Below are positions 27,887 to 38,400 of a stretch of 64,000 nucleotides of DNA, piece by piece (position 1 is the first letter of the stretch; each line of letters starts with the position of its first letter). Under the pieces are notes generated by a model, which saw only the letters and a program-made list of their open reading frames with translations, was not told the DNA's origin and did no database searches. The position numbers were made by a program, and so were the translations under genes. The stretch is taken from positions 91,022 to 155,021 of the forward strand of contig DATFGX010000016.1 in assembly GCA_035248905.1 (NCBI GenBank), given 5' to 3'. This stretch comes from Blastocatellia bacterium. GTDB taxonomy: Bacteria; Acidobacteriota; Blastocatellia; UBA7656.

Positions 27887-28615
27887 CTACTCTTTCGGGA
27901 GCGTCACCGGCTTGCCGGCCTTCAGGTCGGCGACCATCCCCTGCAAGGCCGTTAGCCGCTGGTTGCCGGGGTCGGCGTCGCGCAAGCGATTGAGCGCGTC
28001 ATCGGCGCCGGCGGCGTCGCGCTTCACGGCGTAGGCTTCGACCAGGTGGCCGAGCGCATGGGCGTCTTTCGGGTTCGCCTTGAGGGCGATCTGTAATTCC
28101 TGAATGGCGCGGTCGGGTTGCGGCGGCTGGCGCTGAATCAACGACGAAGCCATCTCGATGTGCAGCCCCGTGTTGTTCGGCTCGACTTCGACTGAACGGC
28201 GAAACCAGGTGTCGGCTTCGTCATATTGTTTCTGGTCGGCGTAGTAGGTGGCGATCAACGGCAGCGCGCCCAGCAACTGCTGATTGGTCTTGAACTCGTC
28301 GGGCTTGAGCGCGTAAGCCTTCTTCAGGTACTCGACCGTCTCGGCCTCTTTGCCGCTCTGGAAGTAGACGCCGGCGGCGTCAACCTGGGCCTGAAAATCT
28401 TGCGGGTTCTGCTTCGCCTTGCTGATGACCTGCTGCACCTGGGCCATCATCGCCTGCTGGTCGCCGGAGTTGCCCGCCGCGGGCATGCCGCCCGGCGTCG
28501 CGCCCGACGGCGCCGCCGTCGCGTTGTTGCGATTGTAACTTGAAACCCAGAGGAAGCTGACGAGGAAGCCGACGGCCAGCCCTGCGAGGCCAACGAGGTA
28601 TTTGGTGTTATTCAC
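27887..28615 (-). CDS. membrane-anchored TPR-repeat protein
   Basis: N-terminal TM helix; Gly/Ala-rich linker; 4-5 TPR units. Confidence 0.65.
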   Translation of the reverse strand: MNNTKYLVGLAGLAVGFLVSFLWVSSYNRNNATAAPSGATPGGMPAAGNSGDQQAMMAQVQQVISKAKQNPQDFQAQVDAAGVYFQSGKEAETVEYLKKAYALKPDEFKTNQQLLGALPLIATYYADQKQYDEADTWFRRSVEVEPNNTGLHIEMASSLIQRQPPQPDRAIQELQIALKANPKDAHALGHLVEAYAVKRDAAGADDALNRLRDADPGNQRLTALQGMVADLKAGKPVTLPKE

Positions 28616-28684
28616 GATGCCTCTCCGAAGCCAATCAACCCTTGTGAGCGTTGCGCCCGCAAGCCGGCGCGGCGCTCACGCTTT

Positions 28685-29110
28685 GGAGTGAATCTGTAAG
28701 CCGAATTCTGTTCCGCCCCTCTCAGAAATCAGCGTCGCCCGAAGGCGCGCCGGCGTGAGCATGAGAGCAGCGGCGACGGTCATTCATCTAGGCGGCGGAT
28801 TGCTCCGCGCGCTCAAGCGACCTACCCGGAGACTTCGGACGGGCCGTCCTGATAACGTCTCCCTATTTGGTCTTGCACCACGGAGAGTTTGCCTAGCCAC
28901 GGTGTGTCGCCACCCGTGCTGGTGGGCGCTTACCCCACCGTTTCACCCATCACCTGATCCGCGAAGCGCGGCCATCGGCTGGTCTGTTCTCTGTTGCACT
29001 TGTCGTCGGGTCGCCCCGCCTGGCCGTTAGCCAGTCCGTAGCCCTGTGGTGTTCGGACTTTCCTCTCGCTCGCTGAAAATCAGTGAGCCAGCAACCGCCC
29101 GATTCACTCC
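28685..29110 (-). ncRNA. rnpB: RNase P RNA (bacterial type A), minus strand
   Basis: Reverse complement carries universal rnpB blocks: GAGGAAAGTCCGAACACCACAGGGC (P4 5' side), GGGTGAAACGGTGGGGTAAGCGCCCACCAG (P10-P12 region), ACAGAATTCGGCTTAC (P4 3' side); P1 pairing GGAGTGAATC/GATTCACTCC; terminator hairpin GTGAGCG...CGCTCAC just downstream (28641-28684). Confidence 0.9.
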
Positions 29111-29208
29111 AAAGATCCGTTGATGATTATAACACAGCCGCACCGGCAAAAAGAGAGCGGGGCCGCGAAGGCAGCCCCGCCCGCATCTTCGCATTTGTAA
29201 TCAAAGCC

Positions 29209-31890
29209 TCATTCGTCGTCGTTGCCGGCGACCGCCGCCTGGCCGTTCGGGCGGAACGGCGTGGAAGCCACCGGGCCGGGATTGACGACGCGCAGGCTGT
29301 AATCGCCGAGCGCTTCAAGCACGCGCGCCGAGACGACGACCGAGGCGTGGTCGGCCTGCAAACTTTCCGGCGTCGCCTGCCGCACCACCGCATCACCTTT
29401 GACGAACTCGACCAGCGCGCCGCGCCGGAAATTCGCACCGGCGATCAGCAGTCGCACCTGCCGGCTGTTTTCGGCGACCGCCTCGAACTGCACGCCGGCG
29501 ACGACCGGGCCGACGACGTTGAGCGCCGCCTTCTGCGAGGTCACGCCGTCGCCGCTGTTCGGGTTGACGACGTTGAATTGGAGCTGACCCGGCTGCTCAA
29601 GCAACTTCTTCAGCTCGTCCTTGAGCGTGATCGTCAGGTGCGTGCTGCTGCGGAAGCGCACCTGCGTGCGCGACAGTTGCAGATTCAAGTCACGCCCATT
29701 GCCGACGTAGACGCGCGCGCCGCGACGAAAGTCCGTGCCGCGAATGTCTATGCGCGCCCTCGAGGTCCCGGCCATCACCTGCTTCTGCGCGAAGCGCACG
29801 ATCTGCGGCGCGTGCACGTCAATCGCTGCCGCGTCACTCGCGGCGCCTTCGGGATTGCGCACCGTGACGGCGAGCTTGCCCGCGTCCTGCGTGAACTGCC
29901 GCGGCACGCGCACATTGATCAGCGTGCGCCCGGCCTGATGCACGACCGTCGCGGGCAGCGCTTCGCCGTTGACTTCGACGGTCGCGCCGCTGCGGAAGTT
30001 TTCGCCGCGAATCCGCAGGCTGAATTCGCCGTCGCCTGCAACCACCTTGCTGGCGGCAGGCGCAAGCTCAGTGATGCGCGGGCCGTAGACCAACAGGTCT
30101 TTGTTGTTCGCCGACACGAGGTCAGAGACGGCCAGGTCGCGCACCAGGACTTTCAACTGACCCGGCGATTGTAAGAGGTCTGCGGGCACCAGCGCCTGGA
30201 GCGTCGTGGCGCTCACCTGCTGCGTGTCGAGCGCGCGCCCGGCGACAAAGATGGTCGAGCTGGCGCGGAAGTTGCGACCCGTAACTTTGATGACAAACGG
30301 CGCGCTCGGCCCGGCGACTTGCGCAGGGCGAACGTCGTCGAGTATGGGCGCGCCGGGCCGCACGACGTGCAGGTCGCGCGGCGCCGAAAGCGCGCCGTTC
30401 GCGCCTTTGACCTGAATGCTGACGCTCTTGACTTCATCAAAGAGGGCGCGCGGCAGGCGCGCTTCGAGAGCGCGACCGTGCGGCGCGACTTCAGCCGCCA
30501 TCTCGACGCCGTTGACGAGGATCGACGCGCCGTCGCCGAGCCGCTGGCCGGTGACGACCAGTTGCAGATTCTTCAAGCGGCCTTGCTCGACTTCGGCGGG
30601 CTGCAAGGATTCGATCAGCGGCGCGTTCGGGTCCAGGGTGTCGGGCTTGATGAGGTCGAAGTTGATGACGACGATCTCGTCGCCGCCCTGCGACGAGCGG
30701 ATCGCCGCGACCGTCTGTGTCTTTTCGCTCAGGGCCAGTCGGCGCAGCTCGCCGCCGATGGCTTGATAGGATTCCAGCTCGCCGGTTTCTGTATTGAAGG
30801 CGAAGAGCACGCCTGTAGCCGTGGTTACAAAAGCCACCCCGCCGTCGGCGGTGAAGGCGACGTTGTTGGCGCGCGAGAACGCGATGCCTTCGGGCGGCGC
30901 GAACTCGGCTTGCGTGAACAATCGTGCGTGCTGGCTCTTCAAGATGGTGACGCCGCCGCGTTTGTCACTCGACGCCGCGCGCATGTTGGTAACGGCCAAC
31001 AGCTCAACGCCGTCGGCGGCCCGCGCCACCGTCAGGCTGTGTGGCGCGCTCACGGCGATGGCGTCGAGCAGGATGCCGCTGTCGCTGTCGAGCGCGAAGA
31101 CCTGCTCGCCTTCGGCGGCGGCGATGTAGATCATGCGCCCATCGCCGCTGAACGCCGGGTTGTTGGCTTCATTGAAGCGCCCGCCCGCCGGCGAAAATGT
31201 GCCGGCCTCGGTGAGCGCTCCCTGCGCACCAACGCTGAAGATCGAGAGTGTATTTGCCGCAACGCTTGTGACCGCCATGCGCCGCGTCTTGCCGTCGTCG
31301 AACAGCGCGACCTCGGCGGGCTGGCCTTCGAGTTTCGCCTGCGCCAAGACCTGCCCGGTCTCGACGTCGAAAGCCAAGAGCGCCGGCTCGTCACCACTCG
31401 AAGCGATCAGGCAGAGCTTGCCGTCCGCAGTCATCAAGGCGCGCGTCGCTTGCGTGAGCGCGGCCTTGGCGGGCAGGACGAGCAGCGATTGCAGCTCAAG
31501 CTGTTTGGCGCGCGTCGCATCAACGATGCTAACCGTCGCCGGGTGGCCGTTTGTCGGATCATTGGCAGAAGGCGCGGCGAGCAGGCGGCGGCCTGCGGCT
31601 TCGACCAGCGTGAGCGGCCCGACCGATTCGCCGACGACCAGCGACGACATCACGCGCCCCGAAGCGACGTTGAAGCAGACGACTGCGCCGGTCGTCACCG
31701 ACGAAACGAAGCCGACCTTACCGCTCGCGGCGATGATGGGCTGGGCGAACTCGTCGAGGATCATCGCCCGCGGCAGCGCCACGGTGCGGCGCTCGCCGAG
31801 CTTGGCATGGCGGTCGCTCGCCTGCACAACCACGAAGCTCAGCAACAGCAAACAGGCGATCAGGGTCGCAAGTTTTTGATTGAATCTCAC
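29209..31890 (-). CDS. large secreted cell-surface protein: YVTN/NHL-type beta-propeller repeats followed by multiple IPT/TIG Ig-like domains
   Basis: GTG start with GGGAGA RBS and signal peptide (RFNQKLATLIACLLLLSFVVVQA); beta-propeller repeat pattern in the N-terminal half; at least five IPT/TIG-like repeats in the C-terminal half; the ORF track's extension to 32547 overlaps a real opposite-strand gene and is rejected. Confidence 0.6.
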   Translation of the reverse strand: MRFNQKLATLIACLLLLSFVVVQASDRHAKLGERRTVALPRAMILDEFAQPIIAASGKVGFVSSVTTGAVVCFNVASGRVMSSLVVGESVGPLTLVEAAGRRLLAAPSANDPTNGHPATVSIVDATRAKQLELQSLLVLPAKAALTQATRALMTADGKLCLIASSGDEPALLAFDVETGQVLAQAKLEGQPAEVALFDDGKTRRMAVTSVAANTLSIFSVGAQGALTEAGTFSPAGGRFNEANNPAFSGDGRMIYIAAAEGEQVFALDSDSGILLDAIAVSAPHSLTVARAADGVELLAVTNMRAASSDKRGGVTILKSQHARLFTQAEFAPPEGIAFSRANNVAFTADGGVAFVTTATGVLFAFNTETGELESYQAIGGELRRLALSEKTQTVAAIRSSQGGDEIVVINFDLIKPDTLDPNAPLIESLQPAEVEQGRLKNLQLVVTGQRLGDGASILVNGVEMAAEVAPHGRALEARLPRALFDEVKSVSIQVKGANGALSAPRDLHVVRPGAPILDDVRPAQVAGPSAPFVIKVTGRNFRASSTIFVAGRALDTQQVSATTLQALVPADLLQSPGQLKVLVRDLAVSDLVSANNKDLLVYGPRITELAPAASKVVAGDGEFSLRIRGENFRSGATVEVNGEALPATVVHQAGRTLINVRVPRQFTQDAGKLAVTVRNPEGAASDAAAIDVHAPQIVRFAQKQVMAGTSRARIDIRGTDFRRGARVYVGNGRDLNLQLSRTQVRFRSSTHLTITLKDELKKLLEQPGQLQFNVVNPNSGDGVTSQKAALNVVGPVVAGVQFEAVAENSRQVRLLIAGANFRRGALVEFVKGDAVVRQATPESLQADHASVVVSARVLEALGDYSLRVVNPGPVASTPFRPNGQAAVAGNDDE

Positions 31891-31999
31891 GCGGCTTTTC
31901 TCCCAGGCTTTTATGATACCACACGCACGGGGCGACGCGCCTGATTTCGCTTGCGGCCATCTTATGCTTTTCACACGCGCACCGCAAGAGAAAGTGCCT

Positions 32000-32028
32000 T
32001 TGCCTCGACGCCGGCCAGCCGGTATAAT
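32000..32028 (+). promoter_or_regulatory. sigma70-like promoter (TTGCCT, 17-bp spacer, TATAAT) upstream of the tandem-YHS gene
   Basis: Perfect -10 TATAAT at 32023-32028, -35 TTGCCT at 32000-32005; the gene starts at 32086 with an AAGGAG RBS. Confidence 0.5.
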
Positions 32029-32085
32029 CGAAGCCTGGCTGCCTCTCAGCCGCATCAATCGTGTGAAGGAGTCAAGAACGAAGTT

Positions 32086-32493
32086 ATGCGCAAAGCCATT
32101 GTTGCTATGTTCGCTTTGATGCTCGTCGCCGCCGCGGTCGTGGCGCACGCCGAAGGCGAGAAGAAGAACGTCACGAATAAGCTCTGCCCGGTCAGCGGCG
32201 GCCCGGTCTCGGAAAAGTATCGCGCCGAGTACACGGACAAGCAGACGGGCCTCAGCCAATACGTCTATGTCTGCTGCGAAGGCTGCCTGAACGAGTTCAC
32301 CAAGAACGCCGAAGCCTTCGTCGCCAAGATGTCGCCGGCAGAGCGCGAAGCCATCAAGGCGAACCCCACCTGCCCGATCTCCGGCGAGGCGGTCAGCAAA
32401 GACAAGTTCGTTGAATTCGAAGGCCGCAAGGTCTATTTCTGCTGTGATGGCTGTAAAGCGAAATACCAAAAAGATCATCCGGAGGCCAAGTAA
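32086..32493 (+). CDS. secreted tandem YHS-domain metal-binding protein
   Basis: Signal peptide MRKAIVAMFALMLVAAAVVAHA; two YHS modules (CPVSGGPV...YVYVCCEGC and CPISGEAV...KVYFCCDGC); strong RBS; the ORF-track upstream extension is not supported. Confidence 0.7.
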   Translation: MRKAIVAMFALMLVAAAVVAHAEGEKKNVTNKLCPVSGGPVSEKYRAEYTDKQTGLSQYVYVCCEGCLNEFTKNAEAFVAKMSPAEREAIKANPTCPISGEAVSKDKFVEFEGRKVYFCCDGCKAKYQKDHPEAK

Positions 32494-32625
32494 CCATATT
32501 GTGCCTGCCGGCGACGCATCGCGGCTTCGCATCCCATCCACATTCAATCAGCGGCGGCGGACGCGGCGCGGGCACGAGTCGTGCTCGTAGCGGTGGCCGC
32601 CGCGCGCGTTTCGGAGGACTTGCGT

Positions 32626-33333
32626 ATGAATCGAATGACTCACTGGCGCCTGGGGCTGGCGCTCTTCGCCCTCGCCCTTTGCGCGCTGGCCTTGAGCGCC
32701 TGCTCAAGCAACGAAAGCAACACGAACACGACGAACGCGGCGGCCAGCAATCGCAATAGCGCCGCGCCGACGGCGACTCCCACGCCGGCGCCGGCCAACA
32801 CCAACACGACGGCCAACACCAACCAGGCGGCGGCGACTACGGGCCAGAAACACACGGTGGTGCTCGACACGACGGCGGGCAAGATCCGTATCGAGCTGCT
32901 CGACAAGGACGCGCCGAAGACCGCCGAGAATTTTCGCAAGCTCGCCGAGTCGGGTTTTTATAATGGCCTGATCTTTCACCGCACGATCAAAGGCTTCATG
33001 ATTCAAGGCGGCGACCCGAACGGCAATGGCTCGGGCGGGCGCACCGCCGATAGCCGTCCGCTGCCGAACGAGGTCAACCCCAGCTCGCCGCTTTATCGGG
33101 GTGGCTACGCGCGCGGGCTGGTGGCGATGGCCAACAAGGGCGGCGACCCGACGACGGCGACCAGCCAGTTCTTCATCATGCACCAGAACCACCCGCTGTC
33201 GCCGCAGTACACGATCTTTGGGCGCGTCGTCGAAGGCATGGAGGTGGTAGACAAGATCGCCTCCGCGCCCAACGAAGGCGGCTCGGACCGCCCGGCCAAT
33301 CCTGTGAAGATGACCAAAGTCACGGTGCAGTAA
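32626..33333 (+). CDS. cyclophilin-type peptidyl-prolyl cis-trans isomerase, lipoprotein with low-complexity linker
   Basis: Lipobox LSAC; Thr/Asn/Ala-rich linker; cyclophilin core (FHRTIKGFMIQGGDPNGNGSGG, MANKGGDPTTATSQFFI); GGAGGA RBS. Confidence 0.85.
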   Translation: MNRMTHWRLGLALFALALCALALSACSSNESNTNTTNAAASNRNSAAPTATPTPAPANTNTTANTNQAAATTGQKHTVVLDTTAGKIRIELLDKDAPKTAENFRKLAESGFYNGLIFHRTIKGFMIQGGDPNGNGSGGRTADSRPLPNEVNPSSPLYRGGYARGLVAMANKGGDPTTATSQFFIMHQNHPLSPQYTIFGRVVEGMEVVDKIASAPNEGGSDRPANPVKMTKVTVQ

Positions 33334-33335
33334 GA

Positions 33336-33410
33336 GGGGCTAGGGCTAGGATCAGGGGCTAGGGCATAGAGAGACGATGCACGTTACCCTAGCCCCTAGT
33401 CCCTAGGCCC
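33336..33410. repeat. palindromic hairpin built from GGGCTAG tandem units, immediately after the cyclophilin stop codon; probable terminator
   Basis: GGGGCTAGGGCTAGGATCAGGGGCTAGGGC ... GCCCTAGCCCCTAGTCCCTAGGCCC. Confidence 0.6.
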
Positions 33411-33528
33411 TCAATGCTAGACACGCCGTCGAGCGTCTGTTAATTTTTAATCGCTCGCAGCAATCAACCAGCACGTGCGCGCCATCGTGAGTGTGGTGCC
33501 AACTCCATTCGTTGAATAGACGGTCGCA

Positions 33529-34959
33529 ATGTCCCTCACGCAGACACCAGTGGAAGCGGGTTCCGAAACACCAACGGAAGCAGAAAGCCGCGGCACGCCC
33601 GCGGCCAACCTGACGCCGCCCGCCGCCCCTTTGCGCCCGCGTTTGACCCGCGCGCTCGTCCGTTCGCTCTTCGCGATTGTCGTCGGCAGCCTGATCCTGC
33701 GCCTGGCCTCGCACACGACGGGGCTGATGCTGCAATTCTACTTCGACTACATCAGCCGGCATTACTATCACCTGTCGTACACGCTGACGGGGTTCATCAC
33801 CGCCTCGTTCTTCATCACAGAGCTGTTCGGCTCGCTCGTCCTCGGCGCGATGAGCGACCGCTACGGGCGGCGTTTGTTCATCCTGCTCGGCCCCGTCTTC
33901 GGGCTGATCGCTGTGCAGATGACGGCGATAACCGTCGTGCTGTGGCTGCTGGTCATCACACGTTTGCTCGAAGGGCTATCGACCGCTAGCTCGGTGCCGG
34001 CGACGCTCGGCTACATCTCCGAAGCGACGGTCGGTCGTCCGGCGCTGCGGGCGCGGGTCATCGGGTTGTTCGAGATTACGCTGGTCGGCGGCATCGCCCT
34101 GGGCGCGTCGGTCGGCGGCTACTTGTGGCGCTACTTCGGCCACCGCACGACGGTGCTCGGCATCGAGTTGATCAGCCCGGCGTTTGCGCTCAACGGGCTG
34201 ATCTACCTGCTCAGCCTGGTCATATTCATGTGGGGCCTGAAAGACCTGAAACGGCCCGCCGGCGCGGTCGCCGCGGGCAACAAGCTACAGCATTACCGCG
34301 CGGTGTTGCGGTCGCGGCGCGTCTGGCTGTTCATCCCCGCGTGGCTGGCCATCTTTTCGGTCATCGGCGTCTGGATCAATAACGGCATACGGCTGCTGAC
34401 GGGCGACGCACACCGCGAAGGGCAACTGCTGATGGGCAACATCTCGACCGTGCAGTTCGGCAACGGGCAGGCGGTGCTGGCCATCATTTTCGCGGCGGGC
34501 ATTCTGGCCTGGAGCTTCGTGCTGGCGCGCTACCGCAAGACGAGCGTCATGCTGGTGGCGGTCGGCGGGCTGTTCATCCTGCTCGGCACCGTGTATGGGC
34601 TGAATCACCTCGGCTCGCTCACCAGCCCCCTCTACTACCCGCTGATGGCCGGGCTGCTCGCAGGCGTGGTGCTGCTGAGCGGCTTCACGCCGGCGGCGCT
34701 CACCTACCTGGCCGACGTGACCGAGAGCTACGCCGAAGACCGCGGCTCGATCATGGGGCTGTACTCTGTCTTCCTCGGCGTCGGGCAACTGCTGGGGGCG
34801 ATGGCCGGCGGCTATTTCGCAGAGCGTGGCGGGGTTGACGGGCTGCTCTGGCTGAGCGCCGCTCTGGGGGTGATTACTTTGATGAGCCTGCTGCTGCTGC
34901 GCCGCCGCCACCCGCAGGAGATGGGGCGTGCGCCGCTTCCCGCGCCGCCCGCCGGCTGA
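33529..34959 (+). CDS. major facilitator superfamily transporter
   Basis: 12-14 predicted TM helices; MFS signature region (GAMSDRYGRRLFILLGP). Confidence 0.8.
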   Translation: MSLTQTPVEAGSETPTEAESRGTPAANLTPPAAPLRPRLTRALVRSLFAIVVGSLILRLASHTTGLMLQFYFDYISRHYYHLSYTLTGFITASFFITELFGSLVLGAMSDRYGRRLFILLGPVFGLIAVQMTAITVVLWLLVITRLLEGLSTASSVPATLGYISEATVGRPALRARVIGLFEITLVGGIALGASVGGYLWRYFGHRTTVLGIELISPAFALNGLIYLLSLVIFMWGLKDLKRPAGAVAAGNKLQHYRAVLRSRRVWLFIPAWLAIFSVIGVWINNGIRLLTGDAHREGQLLMGNISTVQFGNGQAVLAIIFAAGILAWSFVLARYRKTSVMLVAVGGLFILLGTVYGLNHLGSLTSPLYYPLMAGLLAGVVLLSGFTPAALTYLADVTESYAEDRGSIMGLYSVFLGVGQLLGAMAGGYFAERGGVDGLLWLSAALGVITLMSLLLLRRRHPQEMGRAPLPAPPAG

Positions 34960-35438
34960 AGCGGCGCGCTCTCCATTCTTTTGGAAATTATCCAAATTTT
35001 TGAATCCGGCTGTCCCCTGTTGCCTGAGGGTCTTCCATTAAGTCAAATTATTTCTACATTTGATTCCTGGCAATAGCGGCGGCACATTAGGCCCCTAACT
35101 TGCCTAATAGGAGGAGCTCTCCGCTGATCCGCTGTCTGCAAGCTTAGATGAATTGGATGAGAAATCTACCTGTGCTTCTCAACCCTGGGCAAACCGACAG
35201 CCGATCACACCGCATATAGCAGGATTTCCAACTGGAGATGACCAAGATACGCAGCACAAAAACCAGTACGAGAAATCAACGCTTAAAAAGCATCAAGCAA
35301 ACCCTTAAACTCTGTTGCGCTTGCTTGTTGTGAATCGGCCAGCCGCCGTTCCTCGGAAGACGGCCCGGCGGCAGCAAGTCCAGCCCAACGGCTGCATCAA
35401 TGAACTGGTTGCCTTAACCCTTTAGGAGGAAAATCGAA

Positions 35439-38400
35439 ATGATTGTCAAAGGGAAAACCTTAAAGAAGGCGTTGGCTAGCCTTCTTGCTGTTTTCTTTCT
35501 CCTGCCCCTCGCGGCCTTCGCACAGACCGAGACCGGGCAGATTACCGTCAAGGCTGTAGACCCACAGAAGGCGGTCGTCGCCGGCGCCAGCGTCACGGTC
35601 AAATCCGTCGAGCGCGGCACTACCCAGACGGCGACGACCAGCGATGAAGGGATTGCCACCATCACCAACCTGCAACCCGGCCTGTACGAAGTCACGGTCA
35701 CGGGTTCGGGCTTCGCGCCGACAACGCAGCGCGCCCAGGTGACGGTCGGCGCCAAACTGACGCTCGACTTCGACCTTTCGGCGCAGGCCAAGGGCGAAGT
35801 CGTCAACGTCGTCGCCGGCGAGGGCGGCGTCGAAGTCAACACACAGACACAAGAGTTGTCGGACGTCGTCTCGCAGAAACAGATCACAGAGCTGCCGACG
35901 CTGACGCGCAACCCGTATGACCTGGTTGGCATTTCCGGCAACGTGTCGCCCGCCGACCCGTCGGGGCGCGGCACCGGCTTTGCCATCAACGGCCAGCGCG
36001 CCGCCAGCACCAACATCCTGCTCGATGGCGGCGAGAACGTCGATACGTTCGTGGCTGGCGTCGGACAGAATGTGCCGCTCGATTCGGTGCAGGAGTTCCG
36101 CATCATCACCAGCAACTTCTCGGCCGAGTATGGCCGTGCCTCGGGCGGCATCGTCAACGTCGCGACGCGCGCCGGCTCGAATGCCTTCCACGGCTCGCTC
36201 TACGAGTTCAACCGCATCTCGGCGCTGGCCTCGAACGACTTCGAGAACAACGCCCAGGGCATCCCGAAGGGCACCTTCACGCGCAACCAGTTCGGCTACT
36301 CCGCCGGCGGACGGGTGATTAAGGACAAGCTCTTCTTCTTCAGCTCGACCGAATGGACGCGCATCCGCAGTTCACAGGAAGTCGTCAGCCTGGTGCCGAC
36401 GCCAGAGTTTTTGGCCCAGACTTCGGCGACCACGCGCGCCTATTTCTCGAATTACCAGCTCGTCACGCCGATCAACGGCCCGACCTTCACAGCCGGGCAA
36501 CTCGGCGTTGCGGGAGTGCCGTCGGGGTTGCCCGTGCTTGGCCAGGTGCGCTCCAGCCGCGCCGTTGATGCGGGCGGCGGCACGCCGGGCAACGACTGGC
36601 AGACCGTCGGGCGCTTCGACTACAACTGGAGCGACCGCACGCAGGTCTATTTCCGCGGCGCTTTCCAGCAGGGCGACAACCCGCTGGGCACCGTCAGCTT
36701 CAGCCCCTACCAGGGCTTCAACACGGGCTTCGAGTACCGCAACCAGAACTACCTGACGTCGGTGACGCACTCGTTCTCGTCGAATCTGGTATCGCAGACC
36801 AAGTTCGTCTACAACCGCTTAAACCAGGATCAGGGGCTAGGCGAGCAGCCGCCGCAGCCGACGCTCTTCTTCTTCGGCAGCGGCGCCGCGAACTTCGGCG
36901 GCTTCCTGGTGCGCCTGCCGGGCTACCTGCCTACGAGTCCGGGCAGCGCCATCCCGTTCGGCGGCCCGCAGAACTTCTACCAGGCGTATGAAGACCTGAA
37001 CTGGACGCGCGGCAATCACACCTGGCGCTTCGGCGGCCAGTATGTCCACATCCGCGATAACCGCACCTTCGGCGCTTATGAGGAGGCGGTCCAGGTTCTC
37101 GGCACGACTGCCGGTAATGCGTTCGCGAACCTGATCAATGGGCGGCTAGTCTCCTTCACGGTGGCTATTGACCCGCAGGGCAAATTCCCCTGTCACAGGG
37201 ACATCACGACTGGCGCGACCATCGTCACCCCAGATTGCACCATCCAGACGCCTGTGGGCCCGCCTGCCTTCAGCCGCAGCAACCGCTACCACGAGTGGGC
37301 GGCCTACGCCAACGACTCGTGGAAGGTCAAGCAGCGGCTGACGCTCAACCTCGGCGTGCGCTACGAGTACTATGGCGTGCAGCACAACGCCGACCCGTCG
37401 CTCGACTCGAACTTCTACCTCGGCGACGGCGCCAACATCTTCGAGCGCATCCGCAACGGCCAGATCATGCGGGCCAAGGACAGTCCGGTCGGGGCCCTGT
37501 GGAAGCCGGACAAGAATAACTTCGCGCCGCGCCTTGGCATCGCCTGGGACATCTTCGGCGATGGCTCGACCAGCCTGCGCGGCGGCTACGGCATGGCGTA
37601 TGAACGCAACTTCGGCAACGTCACGTTCAACGTCATCCAGAACCCGCCCAACTACGCGACCGTGCAACTGACGCCGTCGGTCGTGCCGGGCGGCGTGCTG
37701 CCCATCTCCAGCAACAACTATGGCGTGCTCGCCGGTTCCGGGATCGCGCGGCCGCTGCCGGCCACCAGCCTGCGCGGCGTTGACCCGGACATCGTCAACG
37801 CCTACGCGCACTTCTGGAGCGCCGCCTTCGAGCGCCATCTGGCCAAGGGCACCGTCGCTTCGGTCGAGTACAGCGGCTCGGCAGGGCGCAGCCTGTATTC
37901 GATCTCGAACATCAACCGTCGAGGCACAGGCAACGTCTACCTCGGCGACACGCTGACGACCTCGGGCTTCGGCTCGGGCCGCCTGAACAACAACGGCGCT
38001 TCGGACATCAACTTCCGCACCAACGGCGGGCGGTCGAACTACAACGCGATGATCGTCTCGTTTGATTCCACCAGCCTGGCGAAGTTGAATCTGCGGCTCA
38101 CCGCGCGCTACACCTACGCGGTGACGAAGGACAATCTCAGCTCGACCTTCTCGGATTCGAGCAACAACTTCAACCTGGGTTTCCTCGACCCGTTCAACCC
38201 GGACCTCGATTACGGCTACGCCGACTTCGACGTGCGGCACCGCTTCGTCACCAGCTTCACCTGGGATATTCCGTCCATCAAGAGCCTGAGCGGCTGGGCC
38301 GACCGACTGGTCAATGGCTGGCAATTCAGCGGCATCTATGTGGCGCGAACGGGCAGCCCGTTCACCGTCTTCGACTGCGCGAACTCGATCTTTGCCGAGT

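Noticed and set aside
28755-29030. 91-aa plus-strand ORF
   Set aside because: Lies entirely within the RNase P RNA gene on the opposite strand.
29083-30174. 363-aa plus-strand ORF
   Set aside because: Overlaps rnpB and is antisense to the large surface-protein gene; Arg-rich low complexity.
30319-31944. 541-aa plus-strand ORF
   Set aside because: Antisense to the large beta-propeller/IPT surface-protein gene; Arg/Asp/Ala-rich low complexity.
31891-32547. N-terminal 220-aa extension of the 1112-aa minus-strand ORF
   Set aside because: Overlaps the opposite-strand tandem-YHS gene, which has a promoter, RBS and signal peptide. The extension translates to junk, and a GTG start with RBS and signal peptide at 31890 explains the real gene.
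34960-35438. Possible cobalamin riboswitch upstream of the TonB-dependent receptor
   Set aside because: Could not find the B12-box (GCCACTG-like) or other conserved core elements by eye; left as a low-interest note only.
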